A stretch of DNA of 64,000 nt from an uncultured Acidobacteriota bacterium (lineage in GTDB: Bacteria; Acidobacteriota; UBA6911), in the NCBI GenBank assembly GCA_963843575.1, contig CAWJKZ010000025.1, forward strand, positions 282,319-346,318. Reading direction: 5' to 3'. Below the pieces are notes generated by a model, which saw only the letters and a program-made list of their open reading frames with translations, had not been told where the DNA came from and made no database searches. This document shows, one piece after another, positions 19,226-28,529 of the stretch; within the stretch, counting starts at the first letter, position 1, and each line of letters starts with the position of its first letter. A program made the translations under genes and the position numbers.

Positions 19226-19723
19226 CTAGTCCACCTCTGCCAGCTTCCCCGTTTGCACGTCGTAGATGAATCCCCGGATCGGGATCTCCTGCGGGATCCA
19301 GGGATGCGATCGAGCGCGCTCGACCTGAAGGCGAACATCCGCTTCCAGGTCGGAGAAGCTGTGGAACCGCGTCGGAGCCACCGCGGCGTGTCCGGTCTTG
19401 CGCCTCAGGTCCGCCTCCAGCTTGTCGTCGGTGAACGTCAGCATGCCGCAGTCGGTGTGGTGCACGAACATGAACTCGTTCGTCCCGAGCAGGTAATGGG
19501 AAATGAGCAGCGACCGAACCGCGTCTTCCGTGAGTATCCCGCCCGCGTTCCGGATGATGTGCGCTTCACCGGTCTTGAGCCCGAGGATCTGCTCAATAGT
19601 CAGACGGGCGTCCATGCAGGCGACTACGGCCAGCTTGCGGGCAGGGGGCATCTTGAGGTGCCCGAGTTTGAACTGGCTGGCGTAAATGCCGTTCGCACGG
19701 ACGGCTTCGTCGATGACAGTCAT
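19226..19723 (-). CDS. Beta-class carbonic anhydrase, clade D (Rv1284/CanA-like; possible COS hydrolase)
   Basis: VVACMDARL, AHIIRNAGG, HHTDCGML zinc ligands, RGFIYDV.TG.L; AAAGGAG RBS; 165 aa. Confidence 0.92.
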   Translation of the reverse strand: MTVIDEAVRANGIYASQFKLGHLKMPPARKLAVVACMDARLTIEQILGLKTGEAHIIRNAGGILTEDAVRSLLISHYLLGTNEFMFVHHTDCGMLTFTDDKLEADLRRKTGHAAVAPTRFHSFSDLEADVRLQVERARSHPWIPQEIPIRGFIYDVQTGKLAEVD

Positions 19724-19749
19724 GCTTTTCTCCTTTCGAAAACAACGGC

Positions 19750-19786
19750 AAAAAAAAACCCGCCGCCGGAAGGACCGGAGACGGGC
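19750..19786 (-). terminator. Intrinsic terminator in the 5' leader of the carbonic anhydrase (attenuator)
   Basis: Minus strand CCCGTC-T-CCGG-TCCTT-CCGG-C-GGCGGG followed by T9, 26 nt upstream of the start codon. Confidence 0.85.
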
Positions 19787-19815
19787 TGGATTCGAACCAA
19801 AATCGATCCTGAGCG

Positions 19816-19896
19816 TCACCCCCCGGGCAGGTAGAGTTCGCCACAGCTACAACAGATGCAGCTCAGCAAACCCGCCATGAAGGAGGAACAACCCAT
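19816..19896 (-). CDS. Cys-rich leader peptide MGCSSFMAGLLSCICCSCGELYLPGG (putative attenuator uORF)
   Basis: 26 aa, 5 Cys (4 within CICCSC), ends about 30 nt before the terminator stem. Confidence 0.75.
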   Translation of the reverse strand: MGCSSFMAGLLSCICCSCGELYLPGG

Positions 19897-19903
19897 GGCC
19901 CTT

Positions 19904-19931
19904 ATTCTAACGTAAGCGTGAGAGATTACAA
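19904..19931 (-). promoter_or_regulatory. Sigma70-like promoter TTGTAA-N16-TAGAAT, 7 nt before the leader-peptide ATG (leaderless)
   Basis: -35 at 19931-19926, -10 at 19909-19904, ATG at 19896. Confidence 0.65.
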
Positions 19932-20052
19932 GGCGGCGACGACAGATAATTGCGCCGGCATGCGCGGCTGCGGATGGGCCGGAGGCGCGCTCCATTGATC
20001 GGCTGCTGAGCGGCAAATTCGATCCCGAACAGCCTGGTGCGGCGGCCGTTTG

Positions 20053-20175
20053 TGGAGTGCGGCGGCTCGACTGGCTCGACTCCGCTTTGGTGGCGGCGCC
20101 TCGGCGCCCCCAAAGGCCGAGGTCGCAGGGTCGTATTTCGGAATTCGGCGCGGCGCCGAGGCGCCGGGCACTCCA
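20053..20175. repeat. REP-like family B copy with internal GGCTCGACT duplication
   Basis: Matches the 8449 and 25690 elements. Confidence 0.85.
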
Positions 20176-20308
20176 GATCACTTCAGGTCGTCCGGATTGA
20201 ACGTCAACCGTTGGACAGCCTCTGAAGCCGGACCGCACTGCCCGCGTCCAGCCCTCTCGGGTTCCAACCGCCGGCCGCGCCGGGACCTCCATCCGGTCTT
20301 TCCCGCGA

Positions 20309-20608
20309 TCAGTCGGATTCCGGATACTTGTGGCACAGGACGCAGCTGACGGCCGTTCCCTTGGGCAGGCTGATACGCTTGCCCTGCGACGTTTCGCGGC
20401 AGCCGGCGCTCTCGGAGCATTCCAGGAGGCGGTTCGCGGCGGTGCGGGCCAGCGGCGAACCCTGGAGTTGGGCTCCGTGGCAGGCTTGGCACGTCCCCGC
20501 GGGAGTGCGACCGTCCTTGAACACTTCCTTGTGGTTCTGGTTCCACATCCGGTCGTTGACCGGGTGCATTCCGTGGGGGCCGCGCAGAAGGCCGGCGCTG
20601 TCGAACAT
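20309..20608 (-). pseudogene. C-terminal relic of a multiheme c-type cytochrome
   Basis: GPHGMHPV, CQACHG, CVLCHK; no signal peptide or upstream hemes. Confidence 0.6.
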
Positions 20609-20953
20609 CCCTTTGATATTGGGGTGCGTAAGCCTTCGAACGATCCAGGGAGGGGGGGCCGACCCGACGTTCGCTCATCCCTGCGCGGACGCGGCGCTCC
20701 GGCACCGCCTTCCGCACTCAGACTGTCATGTGTTGTTCGGCTTATCCCGAATTTAGGAGAGCTTATTAAGACGGTGCGCGGCCGGTCAACCGTCAATGAT
20801 GCACTTTTGCCGCAAAATGCCACGGAATGTGACGCCCGTCACCAAAACCGGGGCGTGTCGTCGGGTAAACGGGCGACAGGGGGACGCGCTCGAGCGGCGG
20901 CGAGCCGAAGCGCCGGCCCGCCGCTCCGCCCGACTGTGCGCGCACGCAACCGA

Positions 20954-22147
20954 TCAGCCGCCAGCCTGGGCGAAGGCGGCCAGGGCCGTGTCGCGGTACA
21001 CCTTTTTCAGAAGCGGGTCGGGCAGCCCAAGGCCGTGCATCGGCCAGTGGTAGTCGAAATTGAAGTAGAGGTCCTGCTCGTAGAAGTGCTCGTCGAGCGA
21101 CTCGAGCACCCGGAACGTGGTGCTGAACATGCGCTCGCTGTAGGGCATGTCGGTCCCGTAGCACAACCGGTGCGCGTACTTCTGGTAAAACGCCGCGGCG
21201 AAGCGCGGGATCGGGGCGGTCTCGGCGAAGCGCGCGGAGATGTCGGCGTACAGGTTCGGGTTGCGGTCGAACATCCCGCCGAGGCGGGTCAGGTCGTAGT
21301 CGAGGTTGGCGAAGTGGCAGGCGATGAAAACGGTCTTCGGGTGCCTCCGCGCGGTGCGTTCCAGGGTTTGGATCAGCTCGTTGTGTCCCATGATGTCGGG
21401 CTTGTCGTCGAGGCGCCAGCTGAAGCCGTTCATCAGGCCGTCGTTGTGCCTGTCCTGCGGCAAGTAGGACCAGTAGGGATCGGACATGTGCAGGTTGACG
21501 GGCATGCCGAGCGCGGCGCACTTTTCCCACAGCGGGTCCATGCGCGCGTCGTCCGGGTGTGGCCCGGTCGCCGGGGCGCGGTTGCGCGAATCGCCGGGCC
21601 AGCCGACAGGACCCGTGGGGATCACGCCCCCGATGCCCCTCCCCTTGTCGCCGATTTCGCCGACGCCGCGGGCGCCAGCCTTGCGGCAGCGTTCGAGCTC
21701 CCTGACCGCCGCCGGCCCGAAGCCCGGTTCGTTCATCCCGGTCATGTCGAAGCCGCACCACACGTCGAAGCGCTGCGGGTATTTCGAGTAGAGCCGGTGC
21801 ATCTCGTCAAATCTCGCCCCGGTGCCGCCGCTGAACACGACGGTCCGCTCGACGCCGGCCGCGTCCATGAGCTTGACGAGCGCATCGACGTCCTCCGTGG
21901 ATTTCGCGCGCCCGTGATAGTGCACGTCGATGGCGGGGTATTTCGCCTTCCGGATGTCTGAAACCGGGATCTTGTATATGGATTTGGGCCGGTAGTCTTT
22001 CAGCAGGAGCTTGTCCGGGAGCACGGCCTCCGACGGGCCCCGGGCTGCGGCCTGGCGCGCCCTTGCGGCGCGCGGCATGGCGGCGAGTGCGCCGCCCGAT
22101 AAGAGGAACCACTCTCTGCGATCAAGGGCGTGTCCGGTACGTTTCAT
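20954..22147 (-). CDS. Amidohydrolase_2 family protein with TAT leader
   Basis: DRREWF leader; IDVHYH, LGMPVNLHMSDP, FIACH, ADISAR, YGTD. Confidence 0.88.
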   Translation of the reverse strand: MKRTGHALDRREWFLLSGGALAAMPRAARARQAAARGPSEAVLPDKLLLKDYRPKSIYKIPVSDIRKAKYPAIDVHYHGRAKSTEDVDALVKLMDAAGVERTVVFSGGTGARFDEMHRLYSKYPQRFDVWCGFDMTGMNEPGFGPAAVRELERCRKAGARGVGEIGDKGRGIGGVIPTGPVGWPGDSRNRAPATGPHPDDARMDPLWEKCAALGMPVNLHMSDPYWSYLPQDRHNDGLMNGFSWRLDDKPDIMGHNELIQTLERTARRHPKTVFIACHFANLDYDLTRLGGMFDRNPNLYADISARFAETAPIPRFAAAFYQKYAHRLCYGTDMPYSERMFSTTFRVLESLDEHFYEQDLYFNFDYHWPMHGLGLPDPLLKKVYRDTALAAFAQAGG

Positions 22148-23147
22148 CTTTGTTCTCCATTTCCCGTGCAGTTTGTGCGACGGCGAGGGCGGCCGATCGT
22201 ACCGCCTGCCTTAGCGGTTCGGGGCTCTCCACGCGCACGCCGGCCCCGAAGCTGAGGATCCAGCCGACCAGTTCGGGTGTGTCCGCTACCCGCAGACACA
22301 GGTGGAGGCAGCCGTCCTTGCCGGAGGTTGCCTTCTGGCTCGGATGCCAGATCCTGTCCTTCACCCAGGCCGAGGTTTTGCGGTCGAAGTGCAATTCGAC
22401 ATCCACCAGGTCGCCGCCGCGCATGACGACCAGCGCGTCGCGCACATAGGCGTCCACGTCGAAGCCCAGCGGCATCTGGCATGGTTTGTTGGTGATGGCA
22501 AGAGAGCGGATGCGGTCGACGGCAAACATGCGCACGTCCCTGCGCATGTGGCAGTAGCCGATCAGGTACAGCCCGCCCCCCGCATACCAGAGGTGGTACG
22601 GGTCGACTTTGCGCCGCGACGTGGCGTCGCGCGCGGCGGTGTAGTAGCGCATCTCGACGGTGCGGTGATGGGCGATGGCGCGCGCGAGTTGTTCGACCGC
22701 CTGGCGGTGCTCGCGATAGCGTTTGTGGGGACCGAGCCCGACGGAGAAGCCCCCCTGCAGGCGGTGGACGTACTCGTCCGCGCCCGACGGCAGCGCGCTG
22801 GAAGCCTTGGCGACCGCCAGGTCGAACGACTCCTTGATCGCCGTCCCTTCGAGCGGGCGCATCAGGTCGCGGCTGAAGACGAGCGCGATTAACTCCGTAG
22901 CCGAGAACTGCACGGCCGGCACGCGGTTGAATCCCTCCACGAGCTTCCAGCGAACCTGCCCGTCGACACGGTCGGTGTAGATGGGGAAACACGCCTCGAG
23001 CGCCTGGAGATCGCGGCGGATCGTGCGCGGGTGCCGGCTGAAATCCTCCGGGAGCGAGCCGGTCAATTCGTCTATGGTGGCGCCCCCCGGCCTTTCCAGT
23101 CGCCGGAGCAACAGCCACTGCCGCGTCACCTGTTCGTTGCGGGACAT
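22122..23147 (-). CDS. WYL-domain transcriptional regulator (wHTH-WYL-WCX)
   Basis: RTIRRDLQAL HTH; RKVDPYHL...LYLIGYCHMRRDVRMFAVDRI; WILSFGAGVRVESPEPLR. Confidence 0.92.
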   Translation of the reverse strand: MSRNEQVTRQWLLLRRLERPGGATIDELTGSLPEDFSRHPRTIRRDLQALEACFPIYTDRVDGQVRWKLVEGFNRVPAVQFSATELIALVFSRDLMRPLEGTAIKESFDLAVAKASSALPSGADEYVHRLQGGFSVGLGPHKRYREHRQAVEQLARAIAHHRTVEMRYYTAARDATSRRKVDPYHLWYAGGGLYLIGYCHMRRDVRMFAVDRIRSLAITNKPCQMPLGFDVDAYVRDALVVMRGGDLVDVELHFDRKTSAWVKDRIWHPSQKATSGKDGCLHLCLRVADTPELVGWILSFGAGVRVESPEPLRQAVRSAALAVAQTAREMENKDETYRTRP

Positions 23148-23190
23148 CGTGTGCCTACCCTAATCTAGCAGCCCCCCCAATGCAAGTGAT

Positions 23191-23268
23191 GTGGGCCGCG
23201 GCGGCCCGACGCGGCCCCAACCGGGTGCTTCCGTCTCATCCGGGCGGGGTCGGGCCGCCCCTGCCCAC
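23191..23268. repeat. GTGG-headed REPIN family C (GTGGGCCGCG..CGACGCGGCCC / GGGCGGGGTCGGGCCG..GCCCAC)
   Basis: Related copies at 29804-29873, 35943-35969 and, degenerate, 949-996. Confidence 0.7.
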
Positions 23269-23290
23269 TTTCCGTGTTACGATGCACCCT

Positions 23291-24877
23291 ATGTCGTGGA
23301 GACGTGCCCACTGGCTGGCGCTTGGAGCCGTGCTGGCGATCCTCGCCGCCGCACGGGTTCCCGCCTTGACCGGGCCGCCGAACCTGAGTCAGGATGCGAC
23401 CGAATACGTCGATATCGCCCGCAACGTGGCTGCCGGCGAAGGCCTCACCCTGAAGATCCGAGGCTACTTCTTCGGCGACGGCTTAAGCATCCCCTACCCG
23501 GCCGAATCGCTCCGCCGCCCCCTGTTTCCGGCCTTGATGGCCACAGCCTACGCCCTGACGCGTTCCGACGCGGTCTTCCGCTGGTTCAACTTCGGCATGT
23601 TCCTCGTCAACGCTGCCCTGCTCGGGCTCCTGTTGCGCCGGGCCTTGCCGCCTTGGGTGGCGCTCTACTCACTGCTGCTCGCGGGGTTGACGGAGCCGAT
23701 GTTTCTCACCTCGATCTTTCCCTGGGCGGAGCAGACGGCATTCATGGGACTCCTGGTCGCGCTGGTGTTCGCCGGCAGGGCGGCCGAGCAACCCCCCGGC
23801 GCGCCTGCCGGGTTCGGTGCCGGGGTCGTCTGCGCCTTGGCGGCCTTGAGCCGCCCGGAGTACCTGCTGGTCGGTCTGCTTTTCGCCGCCTGGCTCCTGG
23901 TGTTGCGCAGCCGGCGCGCGACGCTTCTCCTGTTTGCCTTCGGCTTCCTTGCGCCCCTGATTACCCTGTCGGCGGCCAACTACCGCTTCTACGGACGGAC
24001 TTTTCTGCCCGGCGACTACCTCTTTCACAGCCGCGCTTACAGTGCGTACTTCTCCTGGGATACCGCGGCGCCGGATGGCGCACTGGGTTTCCTGGCCGGC
24101 AACTGGCTGTGGATCGCCGGCCGGATCGGCCTGAATTTCGTCAACTACGCCGCCAAGCTCTTCGGCTGGAAAAACCTGTTCGTCCTCGGCGCCGTGTTGC
24201 CGCTCGCGCTGCGGGCGGTGGCCCGCGGAAGTTGCGGGTGGCGCGGTCGTCATCTCGCGTACACCGGCGCGGCCTTCCTCTGCGCGTACTCGCTGGTGTG
24301 GGCCGGGATGGACCGGGAGCGGTACCTCCTGGCGGTCACGAGCTTCTGGTTGCCGCTCTGTGTCTGGGAAGCCGCGCGGTTGACGCGGGAGGCATCCTCA
24401 CGATGGGCACGCCGCGCCTGGGTCACCGCCCTGGCGGCCGGGTTGCCTTTCCTGGCCGCGAACGCGATCCACGCAGGCCTCGCGATCCAGCGACGCGACA
24501 GGCCCGGCGAGCGGTTCTATGCCAGCCACAACCCCGCCTGGGACAACGCCAGCATGGCCGGCCTCGCCGCCTGGATCCGGGCCAACGTCGGCGACGACGA
24601 CGTTCTTTGTCTCGAAAACCCCTTCCTGGTAAATTACCTCACCGGCCGGGCCGCCCTGGTACTCCCCGAGCAGACCCACCCGGGTGAGTTCATCCGGTTC
24701 CTTTCGGAGTACAATGTGCGCTACTGGGTAAACAATACGGTCGACACCAAGCGGCCGGTTGCCCTTCTGGACGCGCTGCGGCAGGCGGCCTTCACCGCCG
24801 GCTTCACCGAGGTTGCCCACTGCGGAACCTACGAGGTGTGGCGCGTTCCGCGGACGGGCGCTCGAATAACGGAGTGA
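23291..24877 (+). CDS. Membrane glycosyltransferase, GT-C fold (ArnT/GT39-like)
   Basis: DATEYVDIARN, RRPLFP, LSRPE, RERYLL, many TM segments. Confidence 0.75.
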   Translation: MSWRRAHWLALGAVLAILAAARVPALTGPPNLSQDATEYVDIARNVAAGEGLTLKIRGYFFGDGLSIPYPAESLRRPLFPALMATAYALTRSDAVFRWFNFGMFLVNAALLGLLLRRALPPWVALYSLLLAGLTEPMFLTSIFPWAEQTAFMGLLVALVFAGRAAEQPPGAPAGFGAGVVCALAALSRPEYLLVGLLFAAWLLVLRSRRATLLLFAFGFLAPLITLSAANYRFYGRTFLPGDYLFHSRAYSAYFSWDTAAPDGALGFLAGNWLWIAGRIGLNFVNYAAKLFGWKNLFVLGAVLPLALRAVARGSCGWRGRHLAYTGAAFLCAYSLVWAGMDRERYLLAVTSFWLPLCVWEAARLTREASSRWARRAWVTALAAGLPFLAANAIHAGLAIQRRDRPGERFYASHNPAWDNASMAGLAAWIRANVGDDDVLCLENPFLVNYLTGRAALVLPEQTHPGEFIRFLSEYNVRYWVNNTVDTKRPVALLDALRQAAFTAGFTEVAHCGTYEVWRVPRTGARITE

Positions 24878-24895
24878 TTTCTCGGAGGTACGACG

Positions 24896-25555
24896 ATGGC
24901 CAGGAAAATCGCTTTTGCGACACTTCTTCTCGCGGTCTTCGGCTGTGTTGCGGCTCTGGGCCAGGGACACCCGAACACGACCGGCTGGAAGGACCTCTTC
25001 AAACCCGACCTTTCCAACGCCGTGATGGACCCGGGCTCGTGGGTCATGGAGGACGGGGTGCTCACCGCCAAAGATCACGGCACACTCTGGACCAAGGACT
25101 CTTACGGCAATTTCATACTGGATCTCGAGTTCAAGGTGACCAAAGGGGCCAATAGCGGCGTGTTCCTCCGGGCGGGCGATCCAAAAGACATCCTCTCCGC
25201 CCTCGAAATCCAGGTCCACGAAACCACCGACGGCGGCAGGTACGGCATGGTGGGCGCCATCTACGATGCCATGCCGCCGAGCAAGAGCATGGCCAAGCCG
25301 GCCGGCGAATGGAACCATTACACCATCACCTGCCGCGGCAGCAAGGTCGAGCTGGTGTTCAACGGCGAGCGGGTGATCGACGCCGACCTCGACAAGTGGA
25401 CCGAGGCGAGGAAGAATCCCGACGGCACCCCCAACAAGTTCAAGGTGGCGCTGAAGGATTTTTCGCGCAAGGGCCCGATCGGATTCCAGGGCATCCATGG
25501 GACTGCCGGCGCCCCCGTCTGGTTCCGCAACCTCAAGATCAAGACCCTGAACTAG
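24896..25555 (+). CDS. DUF1080 (3-keto-disaccharide hydrolase) domain protein
   Basis: Signal peptide; YGNFILDLEF, NSGVF, EIQV, GEWNHY, GPIGFQG.HG, FRNLKIK. Confidence 0.9.
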   Translation: MARKIAFATLLLAVFGCVAALGQGHPNTTGWKDLFKPDLSNAVMDPGSWVMEDGVLTAKDHGTLWTKDSYGNFILDLEFKVTKGANSGVFLRAGDPKDILSALEIQVHETTDGGRYGMVGAIYDAMPPSKSMAKPAGEWNHYTITCRGSKVELVFNGERVIDADLDKWTEARKNPDGTPNKFKVALKDFSRKGPIGFQGIHGTAGAPVWFRNLKIKTLN

Positions 25556-25572
25556 TGTTTGTCACGCTGAAC

Positions 25573-25846
25573 CAAGTGGGTCCGGGCTTCAGCCCGGACG
25601 TCTTTAGAACCGGTCCATAGAGTTCCAGCTGCCCTGCATAGCGACTGCAAACTGCCTCCGGGCTGAAGAGGTCGTCCAACGGTTGATTGTGAAGTGCGGC
25701 GGCTCGACGCCGCTTTGGTGGCGGCGCCTCGGCGCCACCAAAGGCCGAGGTCGCAGGGTCGCATCTCGCAATTCGGCGTGGCGCCGAGGCGCCGAGCATT
25801 CCTGCCGGTAGGACGAGTGAAAGCGGCGCCGAGGCGCCCCACTCCA
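25573..25846. repeat. Composite repeat block: partial family A (25573-25669), GTCCAACGGTTG motif, family B (25690-25846)
   Basis: Direct sequence similarity to other copies; lies between convergent genes. Confidence 0.8.
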
Positions 25847-25869
25847 GATTACCCACGTGGCGCGCCGCG

Positions 25870-27090
25870 CTAGGCGCTTCCGTCGAGCTCGAAGATCTGG
25901 TTGCCCCACTCGACGGCCTGCAGGTAGATATCCGCCATCGACTCCTCGCTGAGCTCGAGGAGGGCGCTCGAGCGGGAAATGGCGTCCCAATCGCCGTGTT
26001 CGGAGACGATGGCGGCCTGGAGAACCCTCTGCAGGAGGCTCTCCTCCCCGGTCAAGGCGGCCTGGAGCTCCGGGGAGAGCGAGAGCTGCTGCAACACGGA
26101 AATCATCGGCAGTTCCAGCAGAGCGTCGGCCAGGGAGAGCAGTCCCACGAGGAAGAAATCCATGAGGTCGCGCAACCCCAGCGCCGCGCCGATCATTTCG
26201 CACTGCTTGGCGCGGGTGACCGAGCAGACCACGAGCACCTTCGGCTTCTCGTCGCCGAGGCCGGCGAGTGCCACGAGCGAAGCCCAACGTCGGATCTCGT
26301 TGATCCCCATAAGCGACATGGCGTGGCGGATGGAGGTGATGTCGCGGACAAAACCGAACAGGGGCGAATTGAGATAGCGCAGCAGCCGGTAGCAGAGCGC
26401 CGGCTCGTGTTTGATCCCCTCCTCGATCAGCCCGAAGTCCGGTTCCGGGCTGTTGACGGCCCGGATGAGGCGCAGGTAGTTCAACCGGGAGGGGGGGATG
26501 CTGCGACCCACCATCACCTCGGCGCGCCGGTAGAAAAAGCCCTGTGCGCAGTGATACCCCATGTCGAGCGCTTCGTGGAACTCGTCCCAGCTCTCCACTT
26601 TCTCGGCCACCAGCACCCGGTGTCCGCCGGACAACGATTTTGCCAGCCGGGGGCGCTGCTCCGGCGGGGTCAGACGGAAATCCACCTTGACGAAATCCAC
26701 CAGGTCCACCAACTCGGTGCGCCTGTCGCCCGGAACGAAATCGTCCAATGCAAGGCGGTATCCGTGGCGGTGCAGCCTCGTACAGGCGGCCCGCACCTCG
26801 GCGTCCGGCTCGATTGTCTCGAGGATCTCGTACACCACCTGTTCCTTGAAGGGGACCAGGGCGTGGTCGCGCACCAGCAGGCTTCGGGTGAGGTTGACGA
26901 ACGCCGGCCGCCCGTAGGTCAGCGTGTGGATGCCGAAAGTCAGGAAACTGTCGGCAATCAGCTTGGAGGACGCCTGGTCGGGGTCGGCGGCCCGGAAGTA
27001 CTCCTCCATACCCGAGCGAAACAGCAGTTCGTAGGCGAATATCTTCTCATGGGCATCGAGGATGGGTTGTCTGGCGATGAAACTCTTCAT
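25870..27090 (-). CDS. EAL-HDOD domain signal protein (YuxH/PdeH-like)
   Basis: ARQPI, AYELLFR, LALDDF, VKVD, VAEKVE, QGFF; HDOD LLRYLNS..FG...ITSIRHA. Confidence 0.9.
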   Translation of the reverse strand: MKSFIARQPILDAHEKIFAYELLFRSGMEEYFRAADPDQASSKLIADSFLTFGIHTLTYGRPAFVNLTRSLLVRDHALVPFKEQVVYEILETIEPDAEVRAACTRLHRHGYRLALDDFVPGDRRTELVDLVDFVKVDFRLTPPEQRPRLAKSLSGGHRVLVAEKVESWDEFHEALDMGYHCAQGFFYRRAEVMVGRSIPPSRLNYLRLIRAVNSPEPDFGLIEEGIKHEPALCYRLLRYLNSPLFGFVRDITSIRHAMSLMGINEIRRWASLVALAGLGDEKPKVLVVCSVTRAKQCEMIGAALGLRDLMDFFLVGLLSLADALLELPMISVLQQLSLSPELQAALTGEESLLQRVLQAAIVSEHGDWDAISRSSALLELSEESMADIYLQAVEWGNQIFELDGSA

Positions 27091-27225
27091 CAGCGGCTCG
27101 CGCCCTTCTTATCGGCCGCCGCAGCTGGATACTATTGCGAAATAGGACCCTTGGAGATCCCTCGCGCCTTTGAGGCGAACCCCTGAATTCATCCCCCGGG
27201 GTCGGGGGCTCGAAGAATCTCGAGG

Positions 27226-28260
27226 TCAGATCGCCGCGTGGTGGGCGTCGTCGATGGCGGCGCGGATATTGTCCCAGGGGATGTCGCCGGGGAGGGTACA
27301 GTCGGCCCCGAGGATAAACGGCCCCGAGGCCTCGCTCAGCGCTTGCCGGACCGCGCGCCTGATCTCTTCCCTGCTCCCAGAGGCGATGATCCCGTGCCTG
27401 TCCATCCCCCCCATGCACGGCCTTTTGAACAGCGCAGCGATCTCGTTCCAATCCAGCTTTTTCGTCGTCAGCCGAGGGTTGCAGTTGACGACGTGGCCGG
27501 GGTAATCGGCGTATGGGGATAGGTCCGCGTACGGTCCGTTGTAGTCGCACACGTGCAGGATATTGAAAATGCATGCGCGGTTCGCCTCGTTCATGAGGGT
27601 GAGGTCGAAGGGCTTGATGTATTCCCGGAAGGTGCGCGGGTCGCTGAAGCGGTCCGCCTCACCCCCTTGTGTCGATGCATAAAACCCATCGACCCCCGCG
27701 CGGATGCACTCCCGGACGAACAGCATGAGACTGCCGGTGATCGTCTCGAGCCCCTTCCGTACCGCCTCCGGGTCCTCCTGGAGGTGCGCCGTCAGCAGCG
27801 GGAGACTGGTGGTGTGGCCAGCGCACATGAAGGGCGAGTAGAGCGTCACCAGGACCAGCGCCTGCTTCCTCGCGGCCTTCACGAGTCCTCTCACGGCTTG
27901 CAGCTGCGGCTCGTAGAAGTCGGCCCCGTAGGAGGGCATCCTCTTCCAGTCCTCGGGCCGCCGGATATCGGGTATGGGGGGAAACACCCGCTCGTACTGG
28001 ATTTTTACGAAATCCATGTTGGTGCGGCGAAAGAACTCCAGGTGTTTGTCGACGGCGGGCTGGCCAAAGTGGCAGGCCGGGTCGAAGTGGATGAAGAAGG
28101 CGGCGGGGACGTAGGATCTGCGCAGCTTCCCGTCCCGCAGCGCGAGCATCGTTTCTCGTTTGTCGTTCGCGGCGAGCATAGTCTCGCTTCCCGCGACCGC
28201 CGCGGTTGCGGCGATCACCGAGTTCAGAAAGCCACGGCGTGTGGTTTGCACTGTCCCCAT
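27226..28260 (-). CDS. Uroporphyrinogen decarboxylase / cobalamin-methyltransferase family protein with TAT leader
   Basis: TRRGFL leader; TLYSPF, AGVDGFY, NILHVC, MGGMD, FILGADC. Confidence 0.8.
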   Translation of the reverse strand: MGTVQTTRRGFLNSVIAATAAVAGSETMLAANDKRETMLALRDGKLRRSYVPAAFFIHFDPACHFGQPAVDKHLEFFRRTNMDFVKIQYERVFPPIPDIRRPEDWKRMPSYGADFYEPQLQAVRGLVKAARKQALVLVTLYSPFMCAGHTTSLPLLTAHLQEDPEAVRKGLETITGSLMLFVRECIRAGVDGFYASTQGGEADRFSDPRTFREYIKPFDLTLMNEANRACIFNILHVCDYNGPYADLSPYADYPGHVVNCNPRLTTKKLDWNEIAALFKRPCMGGMDRHGIIASGSREEIRRAVRQALSEASGPFILGADCTLPGDIPWDNIRAAIDDAHHAAI

Positions 28261-28529
28261 ATTATTTCGTCCCGCCTTCGTGTTTTCCCGGCACCCAAGT
28301 TCCCGATGTGGAGGTGCGACGCATCGGCGCTTACCCTGCATACATCTTGAACCACAGAGCGCAGCACATGCAAACAAACAAGTCGCGGATAGCTTCCGTG
28401 TCTTCCGTTTTTCTTCCGTGTTCTCCGTGACAGGTTTTTTTGAATCTCTCGACAGGGTAGATGGCGCCGAGACGCCACATCTCCAAACGAGCCTGAAGGA
28501 TGTATACTTCTGGGCTGTGGAGGCTCGAG

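Noticed and set aside
20200-20225. Integron attC sites (CAACCGTTGGACAGCCTCT, also at about 55702 and reversed at about 25670)
   Set aside because: GTTRRRY is present but there is no matching R''/L boxes, cassette array or integrase; the motif behaves as part of the REP composites.
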